Below are positions 54,452 through 64,000 of a stretch of DNA of 64,000 bases, in pieces. The stretch lies in assembly GCA_963726455.1 (NCBI GenBank), contig CAVSCK010000004.1, positions 1,728,001 through 1,792,000 of the forward strand, given 5' to 3'. Below the pieces are notes generated by a model that saw nothing but the letters and a program-made list of their open reading frames with translations, ran no database searches and was not told where the DNA came from. The translations under genes and the position numbers were made by a program. Numbering within the stretch: position 1 is the first letter of the stretch; each line of letters begins with the position of its first letter. Origin of the DNA: an uncultured bacterium. GTDB taxonomy: Bacteria > Zixibacteria > MSB-5A5 > CAIYYT01.

Positions 54452-55910
54452 GTGCCTACAGGTCAAGTTGAACCTCATCTGTTCGTAATCTTCGGAGCCA
54501 CCGGCGACTTAATGAAGCGCAAGCTGCTCCCGGCGATTTACCAATTAACTGCCGAAGGATTTCTCCGTGACAATTGCTACATCCTGGGAGTGTCGACTCA
54601 GTCGGGACTGACGGATGATGGCTTTCGCAAGTGGGCAAACCAGGCCTTGATCGACGCCGGAATAAAGACTGAGGATCTCGAAAAATGGTGTACCAATTGC
54701 CTCTATTACCAGCCCGTCGCCGACGAATTCGACGTCCTCGCGCGTCGCATCTCCGAAATCGAGGCGCAGAATGATCTTCCCGGCAACCGGATCTTCTACT
54801 TGGCTTTGCCGCCGGCAGTATTTCCCTCGACAATCACCGCACTGGGCCAATGTAAACTCAACCACTCCTCGGGTTGGACGAAACTCATCATCGAAAAGCC
54901 GTTTGGCCGTGATCTCACCTCGGCTCAGAAGCTGAATGCCCTGGTTCACCAGTATTTCGACGAGAGCCAGATCTACCGAATTGATCACTACCTCGGAAAG
55001 GAAACGGTGCAGAATCTCCTGGCCTTTCGATTTGCGAATTCGATTTTCGAATCGCTTTGGAATCGCGATCGCGTGGAGAGCGTCAAGATTACAGTCGCTG
55101 AAGAGCTAGGTGTTGAACACCGGGGTGCCTACTATGAACAAGCCGGCGCACTGCGTGACATGGTACAAAATCATCTCACACAGTTGCTCACACTTGACCG
55201 CAATGGAAGTGCCGAGTTCGTTCAATGCCGATTCGATCCGTTACGAGAAGGTCAAAGTTCTGCGCTCGATAAGGCCGATTCGAATCTCCGACGTTGTCTT
55301 CGGGCAGTACGCGCAGGGTCACATCGACGGTCAATTGGTGCCCGGATACTTGGAGGAGCCGCGCGTCTCCGCGACTTCTACGACAGAGACTTACCTGGCA
55401 ATGCGCGTGGAAATCGACAACTGGCGTTGGCAAGGCGTTCCCTTCTACCTGCGAACCGGCAAGAGATTACCACGCCGGTTGACGCAGATTGAGGTCACAT
55501 TCCGTCACCCGCCTGTTTCAATCTTTCATCCGGTCGAAACCGGAGATCCACATCCAAACGTCCTGAAAGTGATTCTTCAGCCGGACGAAGGTTTCGAGTT
55601 GTCGTTCCAGGTTAAAGCTCCCGGGCAGGGGATCAATTTGGAGACACAGCGGATGCATTTTCGTTACGCAGAAGTGTTCGGCCCGCTTCCTGAGGCATAT
55701 CGAACGCTGCTGCGAGATATCGTCATCGGTGACCAAACTTTGTTTGTCCATGCCGACGAAGTCGAGACATCTTGGCAACTCTATACGCCATTGCTCGAAT
55801 CACAGCATTCGGTCTATCCGTACGAGGCAGGAACCTGGGGGCCCGAGGAAGCCGACAGACTCTTGGAGGAGATTCACGGAACGTGGAAAAACGCAAACTC
55901 CGGGAAGTGA
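54452..55910 (+). CDS. zwf: Glucose-6-phosphate dehydrogenase with an apparent +1 frameshift near 55194
   Basis: GATGDL, EKPFG, RIDHYLGKE, RDMVQNHL in the first frame; AME.P, RWQGVPFYLRTGK, WGP in the second frame. Confidence 0.9.
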
Positions 55911-56620
55911 TAGTCTGTTCGGATTCCGACGATCTGAAAAGACGTGCCGCAGCAGAAATTGCCGAGCAAATTGGCAAAGCGCTTGATTCGAATAGACCGT
56001 TCTCAATTGCGCTGTCCGGTGGACATACTCCTCGGACATTGTATCGCCTCCTCGCTAAAGACTATCACGACCGAATTCGCTGGAATATTGTTCATCTCTT
56101 CTGGAGCGATGAACGCTTCGTGCAATACAGCAGTCCACTTAGCAACTTTGGAATGGCACGCGATGAGTTGATTGCACGCATTCCCATCCCCCCCGAAAAT
56201 GTACACCCAATGCCAACTGATTTTGAATCCCCGGAACTGGCCGCGACAAAGTATCAAGAGTTGTTGGAGAAATGGTTTTCCGCAGAATGGCCGAAGTTCG
56301 ACTTGGTGCTTCTCGGTGTCGGCACTGATGGCCATTCGGCATCGCTATTCCCGGGTTCGCCGGTTCTAAGCGAAACTCAGCGATGGGTTGCGCATGTAAA
56401 AGCTACCTCCGAGCCGCCTATGCGCCTCACCCTGACACTTCCGGCGATTAATGCCGCGCGACAAATCATTCTCTTGGCAGCTGGCAGGGAAAAGGCGGAA
56501 ATCGTCAAAGCGGTACTTGCAGATCAGGATCGCGGCGGCAAGCTCTACCCGGCAAGCATGGTCGGCGGACAAGCTGCTCTCATATGGTTGCTTGACCGCG
56601 ATGCAGCCGCCCTGCTCTAG
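55883..56620 (+). CDS. pgl: 6-phosphogluconolactonase
   Basis: ALSGG.TP, FWSDER.V, DLVLLG.G.DGH.ASLFP, RLTLT; start uncertain (GTG 55883 or 55907). Confidence 0.93.
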   Translation: MEKRKLREVIVCSDSDDLKRRAAAEIAEQIGKALDSNRPFSIALSGGHTPRTLYRLLAKDYHDRIRWNIVHLFWSDERFVQYSSPLSNFGMARDELIARIPIPPENVHPMPTDFESPELAATKYQELLEKWFSAEWPKFDLVLLGVGTDGHSASLFPGSPVLSETQRWVAHVKATSEPPMRLTLTLPAINAARQIILLAAGREKAEIVKAVLADQDRGGKLYPASMVGGQAALIWLLDRDAAALL

Positions 56621-56939
56621 TCGGTAAGCACACCCTCACTTTATTCTCCTACCAAATATCTGGGCCCACGGCACAATCGCCGACAGGTTCTGTCTATTCC
56701 TGCAACTACGCATCGGCAATGACGGATTTCCGGTTCTTCTTTGTGTATTTGAGCACTCTGCTTATTCCAATTCGCCAATAAAGAGCTTGCGTGTCCATTA
56801 GGTTTGGTATAGCTTTTGATCGTCTCGTTGACAGAATCCTGGATGGAACGTAGTCTGATCTCTCGACGGGAACTAACGAAGACAAATGATTCACAGCGGA
56901 CTCAATTAACTCTCACCCAAAAGACAAGGAATAGCGCAG

Positions 56940-58466
56940 ATGTCAAGATGTCGATTTCCTATGGCAATTGCCATCGTCACGCTTCTGGTGTCATTAGCGC
57001 AAGCGCAGACGCCCGACGTGCGCCTGGACGTCAAGAAGCACACGCTGGCCAACGGTATGAGGATACTGGTTCTCGAGAATCACTCGGCGCCGGTCTTTTC
57101 CACGATCATTCGCTTCAACACCGGATCGGTTGATGAGCATCCCGGCATTACCGGTTCATCACACCTGCTCGAACACATGTTGTTCAAGGGAACAAAGATT
57201 GTCGGCACGAGCAATTACGAGGCCGAGGTTCCCATCATGGCCAAGATTGATACCCTGGCACATCGGCTTTATGCAGAGCAAGCGAAGATTCAGAGTCCGC
57301 TCAACCCTCAGGACTCCACAAAAATCAAGCAGTTGCGGCAACAAATGGCTGACCTGCAATCCGAGGAAAAGAAGTACGTAATTAAGGACGAGCTCTGGAG
57401 CACCTATCTGCAGAGCGGCGGCTCCGGTTTGAATGCCTCCACTAGTAATGACGGCACTCAATACTATGTCTCACTGCCTAAGAATCGGCTCGAATTGTGG
57501 GCGTTTCTGGAAAGTGACAGAATGGCGAATCTCGTGCTCAGAGAGTTCTACTCGGAACGTGATGTCGTCATGGAAGAGCGCCGATTGAGTGTCGAGAACC
57601 AGGTGAGAGGCCGGCTCGGCGAAGCATCATCTTCCGCTTTTTACAGCGCCTCGCCTTATTCCTGGCCGGTCGTCGGTTGGATGAGCGACCTGCAGACGTT
57701 GCAGCGCGAGGACGTCGAGGACTATTTCCGATCCCATTACTCGCCTTCAAACGCTGTGGTTGTAGTAGTCGGCGACGTAACTGCGGATGCAGTGTTTGCG
57801 ATTTGCGAGAAATACTTCAGCAAGATTCCGGCGCAGCCGTTGCCCCGTCCGGTGGTCACCCGTGACGCCCCGCAGGCAGGCGAAAAGAGAGTTGAAGTCG
57901 AATACGACGCGAATCCCGTCGGTGACATTTCCTGGCACGTGCCACAAATTGGGCATCCTGACCTCGCCGCTCTTGATGTTGCGGCGAATATACTGTCGAC
58001 CGGGCGCACTAGCCGCTTTTACAAGAACATTCGCGAGAAGAAGCTCGGGACAGCCAATGCCGGCGTTGATTACGGCCGCTATCCCAGCGCGTTCTCCTGT
58101 TCGATCACACCATACGGCGACCACACGATTCAGGAAATGGAAGCCGCGGTCTATGCTGAGATCGACAGACTCAAGACTGAGAAAGTGAGCGATTGGGAAC
58201 TGCAGAAGGTTCGCAATCAGGTGGACGCCCAGTTGCTTCGCTCCCTGGAAAATAATCGCGGACTGGCATCGCGAATTGCATCCAGCGAAGCCATGACTGG
58301 TGACTGGCATGACTTCATCAGTCGCGCTGATGCAGTAAAGAAAGTGACGGCTGACGACGTTATGCGAGTGGTCAACAAGTATCTGGTCAAAAGCAATCGC
58401 GTCGTGACCTACGTTGTGAGGCCGACCGCGGATCAACCGGCTGCCTCCGGCCCCAAGACGAATTAG
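56940..58466 (+). CDS. M16 family zinc peptidase, catalytic subunit
   Basis: Signal peptide, L.NG, HLLEHMLFKGT (HxxEH), NAST..D.T.Y, ER.VVMEERR. Confidence 0.92.
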   Translation: MSRCRFPMAIAIVTLLVSLAQAQTPDVRLDVKKHTLANGMRILVLENHSAPVFSTIIRFNTGSVDEHPGITGSSHLLEHMLFKGTKIVGTSNYEAEVPIMAKIDTLAHRLYAEQAKIQSPLNPQDSTKIKQLRQQMADLQSEEKKYVIKDELWSTYLQSGGSGLNASTSNDGTQYYVSLPKNRLELWAFLESDRMANLVLREFYSERDVVMEERRLSVENQVRGRLGEASSSAFYSASPYSWPVVGWMSDLQTLQREDVEDYFRSHYSPSNAVVVVVGDVTADAVFAICEKYFSKIPAQPLPRPVVTRDAPQAGEKRVEVEYDANPVGDISWHVPQIGHPDLAALDVAANILSTGRTSRFYKNIREKKLGTANAGVDYGRYPSAFSCSITPYGDHTIQEMEAAVYAEIDRLKTEKVSDWELQKVRNQVDAQLLRSLENNRGLASRIASSEAMTGDWHDFISRADAVKKVTADDVMRVVNKYLVKSNRVVTYVVRPTADQPAASGPKTN

Positions 58467-58482
58467 ACTGGAGTGTAATAAC

Positions 58483-59940
58483 ATGAAGAAATTATTGTCA
58501 CTTACGATAGCCCTATTACTACTCACGATGGCTTCGCTGGGAGCACAGACTTCGCCGGCAAAGTCCGCCGGTTCGAAGACCATCGACAATCTCATGCAGG
58601 GCAAAATCGATATCACTATTCCCAAGGTTGGCTCCGGAGTCGAGCGCATCGTGCTTGGCAACGGACTTACACTCTATTTCTATCAGGACAACAAACTTCC
58701 GCTCATCAACGCCTCAGCCATGATTCGTTGCGGAAGTATTTATGATTCGCCGGACAAGAACGGTTTGTCCGGATTGGTCGGCAATGTCATGCGATCGGGC
58801 GGGACCAAAACGGTCAGCGGTGACTCGCTGAATACGCTGCTCGAATACGTCGGCGGATCACTGGAACTCAACATCGGCTCCGAATCCGGCTCGGCGAATC
58901 TCAGCGTTCTATCTAAGGACATGGATCTGGGATTGCAGCTTCTTGCCGACATGTTGCGCAATCCGGCGTTTCCGCAGGACAAACTCGACCTGGCCAAGAC
59001 TGACGTCAAGAATCAGATCAGGCGTCGCAACGATGACCCCAATCGTCTGGTCAACATGTATTTCGCGAATACCGTATACGGCGATCACCCGTTCGGCCGA
59101 ATTCTGGATTGGTCAACCGTGAAAAGCATTACTGTGCAGGACCTCGCCGACTATCATCAGCGTTTCTTTACTCCCAACGGAATTATTTTGGGAATCTCCG
59201 GTGACTTCGACAAGACCGACCTGCTGGCGAAGGTGCAGAAATACTTCGGTGACTGGAAGAAGTCATCGCAGACCGTTCCGGATGCGCCGGCCGTCACGAT
59301 GAGTTACAAGCCGGGTGTCTACCAAGTCAAGAAAGACATCAACCAGGCCTATCTCGCTATCGGCGAACTGGGCATCAAGCGCGACAATCCTGACCGATAT
59401 GCGGTTGAGATTCTCAACTACATCCTCGGCGGCGGCTCGTTCACTTCCCGTTTGACCAGCCGTGTGCGGTCGGATGAGGGCCTTGCCTATCATGTTGGTT
59501 CCAGTTTCGACGTTGGTTCGCGTGATTACGGAACCTTCGAGGCCGACTGCCAGACGAAGAGCTCCACGGCATACAAGGCCACCAAGATTATTACCGAGGA
59601 AATCGAAAGCATCCGAAATGACGGTGTCACTGAACAGGAACTCAAGGAAGCACAGAGCGCCATCGTCAACCGTATGGTTTTCAACTTCGACACCGCTTCC
59701 AAGATCGTTCGCAGTCTGATGGGGCTGGAATATGACGGCTATCCGGCTGACTACTATGCAAAGTACTCGGACAACTGCCTCAAAGTGACGCAAGCCGATA
59801 TTAAGCAAGTTGCTCAGAAATATCTCAAACCCGATCAACTCACTTATATCGTGGTTGGCAAACCGGAGACGTTTGAGAAGCCGCTCACCGAATTCGGAAC
59901 GATTACAAATATCGAACCTAAGAAGCCGGTGACGGACTAG
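58483..59940 (+). CDS. M16 family peptidase, non-catalytic partner subunit
   Basis: M16 fold without HxxEH; LGGGSFTSRL..RVR..EGLAY. Confidence 0.88.
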   Translation: MKKLLSLTIALLLLTMASLGAQTSPAKSAGSKTIDNLMQGKIDITIPKVGSGVERIVLGNGLTLYFYQDNKLPLINASAMIRCGSIYDSPDKNGLSGLVGNVMRSGGTKTVSGDSLNTLLEYVGGSLELNIGSESGSANLSVLSKDMDLGLQLLADMLRNPAFPQDKLDLAKTDVKNQIRRRNDDPNRLVNMYFANTVYGDHPFGRILDWSTVKSITVQDLADYHQRFFTPNGIILGISGDFDKTDLLAKVQKYFGDWKKSSQTVPDAPAVTMSYKPGVYQVKKDINQAYLAIGELGIKRDNPDRYAVEILNYILGGGSFTSRLTSRVRSDEGLAYHVGSSFDVGSRDYGTFEADCQTKSSTAYKATKIITEEIESIRNDGVTEQELKEAQSAIVNRMVFNFDTASKIVRSLMGLEYDGYPADYYAKYSDNCLKVTQADIKQVAQKYLKPDQLTYIVVGKPETFEKPLTEFGTITNIEPKKPVTD

Positions 59941-59949
59941 TATAATCAA

Positions 59950-59985
59950 AGTCCGGTGGGCCAAATGGCCTGCCGGACTGCTTTT
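59950..59985 (+). terminator. Intrinsic terminator after the M16 pair
   Basis: AGTCCGGTGGGCC-AAAT-GGCCTGCCGGACT followed by GCTTTT; lies between convergent genes. Confidence 0.7.
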
Positions 59986-60046
59986 CAATACTGACTTTCA
60001 CAGTTTCCGCGCTCAGGCAAAGCGATCGATTTCCCTTATCACATTG

Positions 60047-62341
60047 TTAGTTAACGCGAATTCCGCCGCGCGCATTCTCTCGTGAATACAAGTACGATTT
60101 CAAACCTGCATACACCAAAGGCAGAATGCCTATGGTGATGAAGACCACATCACCCGGCAGTCTCAGCCACTCGATCGTCTTCACGAATTCCTGATCCAGA
60201 AACTCAGGGCTTCGGGCATGCCAGTATCCATTCTTCAGCACATCCAGGAGTTGAACGACCCCACCCGGAAACAGATTGGTTATCACCATAAGCGCCAATC
60301 CGGCATTAAGTCCCCAGAAAGATAAACGAACATATTTCTGGATCGTTGCCCATTGCGCGTCTGTCACGACCTGACGAAACGAAAATACCATCAAGGCAAC
60401 GGCCAGCATTCCGAATACACCCATCATGGCCGCGTGACCGTGATTCGGCGTCAGCATCGTCCCTACTTCAAAGTAGCTCACAATCGGCAGGTTGATCAGG
60501 AAACCGAAGATACCTGCGCCCACGAAGTTCCAGAAGCCGACCGCCATCAGAAAATAGAAAGTCCATTTGTGCGGAACGGATATGACCTGATTGCAGATAT
60601 CACATCGTCCCCGGGTGAGTTTGATGAAATCCCAGGCGTCGAGAGTTAGCAGCGTCAGCGGCACGGTTTCCATTGCCGAGAACATTGCCGCCAACGCAAG
60701 GGTGACCTCGGATTGTCCGGTCCAATACCAGTGATGGCCTGTGCCGACGATTCCACTGCCGAGGTATAGTATCGCGTCCAGATAAACGACTCGAGTTGCT
60801 GTGGTGTGTGTCACGAGTCCTAGTTTGAAGAAGATTACGGCTACCATCGCGGTCACGAAAAGCTCGAAGAAGCCTTCGACCCACAGATGGATGATCCAGA
60901 AACGCCAGGTGTCGACGACCGTGAAATTGGTCGTGCTACTGAAGAACATCGCGGGCAAGTAGAAGATCGGAATGGCGATGGCTGAATACAGAAACAGAGA
61001 GGATATCTCAGAGGTTTCGATGGCAGACCTCGCCGGTTTCAGCGCCCGAAATAGCAGAATCAGCCATAGCACTAGTCCGGCAGCCAAAAGGATTTGCCAT
61101 GCTCTTCCCAGGTCAAGATACTCCCAACCCTGGTGACCAAACCAAAACCACACATTGCCCAGGAGCTGATTAATTCCCAGAATCTCTCCGAGCAGGCTCC
61201 CAGCCACAACGATCACCAAGGCTCCAAAGAGCAGGTGTACTCCCCGCGATTGTCCTCGGGGTTCGGTTCCACCGACTGCGGGCGCCAGCAAAAGCCCTCC
61301 GCCGACGTAAGCCGTAGCGATCCAAAATATCGCCAATTGCAGGTGCCAGGTTCGCAGGATGTTGCTGGGAAATAGACTGGATATGTCGATACCGTAGAAG
61401 CTGCCCGGGTCGGCGCGGTAATGTGCGGTTGCGCCTCCGACTACTGCTTGTGCTAGAAACAGCACGGCTGCAATCAGGAAATACTTAATCGTGGCTCGTT
61501 GACTTGCTGTGGTCACTAGCGGCACCATCTGCGGATGAACGTGAGTGTTGTGGCCTTTCCAGCCAAGGTAGTCGAACTTCCCTACTATGAACAGCACAAG
61601 GCCTGTGGCCCCGAGGAGAGTAATCAGACTTAGTGTGCTCCAAAGATAAGAACCGGTCGTTGGCCGATTCCCCGATTCTGGAGCATAAGGAAAATTGTTA
61701 GTATAGGAGGAATTGAATCCGGGTCGATCGGCAACGGATGCCCAGGCAGCCCACGCGAAGAACGCCGTCAACTGTTTCAAATCGACTGAATCACGAATTG
61801 TCTTTGTCGTCAATCCCCGGTTATTCTGTGGCGTTGAGAAATATCCCGCCCAGTACCCGACCTGCTCGGAGAAAGCCGCCACTTCTGACGGAGTAAGTAC
61901 TAGTATACGACCGGCTGGATCGTAGCGATTTTGCTTCAACAGGCGCTCCGTCTCCCCCTGCGCACTCGATAGCTCCTCATCGATTAGCTCCGACGGGCTC
62001 TTGTTATAGCGCGTCAGGGCGACGTCTGATAACATTCGGATCGTGAGCGCATGGAGATATTGCGCTGAGAAGTCGGGACCCAAATAGGCGCCGTGCCCCC
62101 AAATCGTACCATTCTCCATCAAACCGTATTTCAGGAAGACGCTCTGTCCCGCGGTTACGTCATCTCCGGTCCAGATCAGCTTGCCTTCTGTCGAAATCGC
62201 TTTTTCGGGAATTGGTGGGGCGTTTTCGTAGCTCCGTACCGACACCCAGATTAGAATCGCCAGGCCAATCACGATTGTTACAATCGTGGCCTGTTTCCAC
62301 AATGGGGAAATGCGGTCGTTTACCTTAGCGACTGACTCCAT
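60047..62341 (-). CDS. norZ: Quinol-dependent nitric oxide reductase (qNOR)
   Basis: GTIWGHGAYLGPDFSA, YTNNFP, RTWHLQ, WIIHLWVEGFFE, GTGHHWYW, HGHAA, WLR.PGD; 764 aa. Confidence 0.92.
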   Translation of the reverse strand: MESVAKVNDRISPLWKQATIVTIVIGLAILIWVSVRSYENAPPIPEKAISTEGKLIWTGDDVTAGQSVFLKYGLMENGTIWGHGAYLGPDFSAQYLHALTIRMLSDVALTRYNKSPSELIDEELSSAQGETERLLKQNRYDPAGRILVLTPSEVAAFSEQVGYWAGYFSTPQNNRGLTTKTIRDSVDLKQLTAFFAWAAWASVADRPGFNSSYTNNFPYAPESGNRPTTGSYLWSTLSLITLLGATGLVLFIVGKFDYLGWKGHNTHVHPQMVPLVTTASQRATIKYFLIAAVLFLAQAVVGGATAHYRADPGSFYGIDISSLFPSNILRTWHLQLAIFWIATAYVGGGLLLAPAVGGTEPRGQSRGVHLLFGALVIVVAGSLLGEILGINQLLGNVWFWFGHQGWEYLDLGRAWQILLAAGLVLWLILLFRALKPARSAIETSEISSLFLYSAIAIPIFYLPAMFFSSTTNFTVVDTWRFWIIHLWVEGFFELFVTAMVAVIFFKLGLVTHTTATRVVYLDAILYLGSGIVGTGHHWYWTGQSEVTLALAAMFSAMETVPLTLLTLDAWDFIKLTRGRCDICNQVISVPHKWTFYFLMAVGFWNFVGAGIFGFLINLPIVSYFEVGTMLTPNHGHAAMMGVFGMLAVALMVFSFRQVVTDAQWATIQKYVRLSFWGLNAGLALMVITNLFPGGVVQLLDVLKNGYWHARSPEFLDQEFVKTIEWLRLPGDVVFITIGILPLVYAGLKSYLYSRENARGGIRVN

Positions 62342-62486
62342 AACTATCCTCCCGATATCGAATGACTCTGCTTAAGAAAACACTCTTTCGCGGTTCTGGA
62401 CAATCAGTATTCATGCGACTGAATCTGCTTGGAAATTTCCGGTGCTTTTCTCTTTGGTGCACAAACTTTGGCCTCAGCGGCCGTGA

Positions 62487-63665
62487 TCAGGTTCCAATCC
62501 GCCCTTTGAGGTTTGCAGCAGTGAACGGACCTGGCTCCGCTATTAACTTACGCGCCTGTTCAACCTGTCCCCAGACGTTCCAAAGCAGCACTCCCCTGAC
62601 TCTGCCGCTACTCAAGTAGTAGACCACGCCCTTCTGGAATTCTTCCTGCCAATCCTCGACCATCTCCAGCCGCGAATCGAGTTCACCTATTGCTTCGTAA
62701 CCCAAATCAAACAGGTCTGAATAGAAAAATGGCAAGTATTTGTACGCCCGTTGAGCGCCCGCCATGTTTGCGCCCGCCGCCCTGCCGCTGACATTCGCAT
62801 TGTCTTCATGCTCGACTCGAATTCTCCTATTGAGATGGGGACTGAAGAAATTCGCCACGTCACCGGCAGCGTAAATTCCCTGATGACTGGTCTGCAAAAA
62901 CTCATCGACGAGAATGCCGTTTTCCACCTTGACACCGATTGACTCTGCCAATGACGTCTCCGGCTCGATTCCGATTCCAGCCACGACACAATCGAATGTC
63001 CGTACACTTCCGCCGGACATCGTAATTACGAATTGCGAATTTCGCCGAATGAGTTTGGCGACTTTCTCGCCTGCGATAATCTCTGCTCCCTTTGACTCAA
63101 AGTAGCCCGACAGAAATGCGGATAATCTCTTTGGATATACATGATCTCCCAGAGTCGCGCTGGGGAAGATCAAAGTTACCAACCTGCCGTTCATAGCCAA
63201 CGCAGCCGCGATTTCCGAGCCAATGAATCCACCCCCGATGACGGCAACATGTTGCTCACCATTGCTCAGGTCACGCAATCTTTGATAGTCGTCCAGCGTG
63301 CGAAAATAGATTACGCCATCATCTGCAGACGACAGGCGCCGTACTTTGCCGCCAGTGGCGAGGAGCAATTTCGAATACGTGTATGCAACTCCCCGGTTAT
63401 CGGTCACTCGCCTGTTTGCCACATCGATGCCAATCGCAGTCGTCGACAAATGCAATTCGGCATGATCGGACGCAAACGGGCGCCAGACCTTTTCAATTGG
63501 GTCCCCTTTCCATAGTCCTTTTGATAGCGGTGGACGGTTATACGGCGGGTGGCTGTCGCTGCTGATGATTCCGATTGTCCCCTGTTGGTCGACTTCACGG
63601 ATGCCCTGGACTGCTGCATCGGCCGTCATCCCGCCACCAATAATCAGGTACTGGTAGTCAGGCAT
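62487..63665 (-). CDS. FAD-dependent NAD(P)H oxidoreductase (ferredoxin reductase/AIF-like)
   Basis: IIGGG, PYNRPPLSK, LLLATG, GGGFIGSE, AAGDVA, RVEH, PFFYSD. Confidence 0.9.
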   Translation of the reverse strand: MPDYQYLIIGGGMTADAAVQGIREVDQQGTIGIISSDSHPPYNRPPLSKGLWKGDPIEKVWRPFASDHAELHLSTTAIGIDVANRRVTDNRGVAYTYSKLLLATGGKVRRLSSADDGVIYFRTLDDYQRLRDLSNGEQHVAVIGGGFIGSEIAAALAMNGRLVTLIFPSATLGDHVYPKRLSAFLSGYFESKGAEIIAGEKVAKLIRRNSQFVITMSGGSVRTFDCVVAGIGIEPETSLAESIGVKVENGILVDEFLQTSHQGIYAAGDVANFFSPHLNRRIRVEHEDNANVSGRAAGANMAGAQRAYKYLPFFYSDLFDLGYEAIGELDSRLEMVEDWQEEFQKGVVYYLSSGRVRGVLLWNVWGQVEQARKLIAEPGPFTAANLKGRIGT

Positions 63666-63743
63666 ATGCTCCTCCTTATGAATATGTTACGTGGTCTCTA
63701 CCCTGCATCTTAGTGATTATCGCCTGGCAAATGCAGGAGATGT

Positions 63744-63772
63744 TTGCACGGTATGGCAGAACAGCGTATCTT
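63744..63772 (+). promoter_or_regulatory. Probable selD promoter
   Basis: TTGCAC-17 nt-TATCTT, ending 11 nt before the ATG. Confidence 0.45.
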
Positions 63773-63783
63773 GGTCAGTCGTT

Positions 63784-64000
63784 ATGAAGAACAGTAAAGA
63801 TGAGATATCGGTCAAGCTAACGGCACAGGTTTCCTGCGCCGGCTGAGCATCGAAATTGGGGCCAAAGTTTTTGGCCGAAGTACTAAAATCGTTACCGCCG
63901 AACTCGAACTCGAACTTGTTGGTCGGATTTGAGACATCTGATGACGCAGGCGTGTACAGAATTAACGATCGGCAAGCATTGGTGCAGACGGTGGACTTCT
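63784..64000 (+). CDS. selD: Selenophosphate synthetase with in-frame UGA (selenocysteine), 3'-truncated by window edge
   Basis: [21 protein letters not shown](TGA 63844)-ASKLGP...[16 protein letters not shown]...ALVQTVDF; absent from the ORF track. Confidence 0.92.

Noticed and set aside
55180-55210. Programmed frameshifting in zwf or the MacB-like permease
   Set aside because: No slippery heptamer with a stimulatory structure was seen; simple indels explain the shifts.

Overview
Gene-dense bacterial chromosomal segment with no phage, IS transposase, CRISPR array or rRNA visible. A secreted protease with a PNPFNP...RKMILLK C-terminal domain and a Fibrobacter-type LexA box suggest an FCB-related lineage such as Zixibacteria; this is inference only. 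Contents in order: 3' end of an Ehr (hydrogenase-4-related) operon, an ABC exporter, an imuA-imuB-dnaE2 mutagenesis cassette with a candidate LexA operator, galT, a tetraheme cytochrome c, OmpA, several peptidases, a tRNA(CAT), a MacAB-like exporter, a RibD-C/DHFR-family gene framed by 48-bp direct repeats, a 12-gene aromatic amino-acid supra-operon (trpEGDCFBA-aroH-aroF-tyrA-aroA-class IV aminotransferase), a glucoamylase plus pentose-phosphate cluster, an M16 peptidase pair, qNOR, and the start of a selenocysteine-containing selD. The best hidden signal is an unannotated 34-aa leader peptide (33784-33888) with a Tyr-Tyr-Trp-Trp-Tyr-Ser-Phe codon block and a complete terminator/antiterminator switch, which looks like a multi-aromatic ribosome-mediated attenuator. 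At least six frameshifts in five genes look like sequencing or assembly indels.
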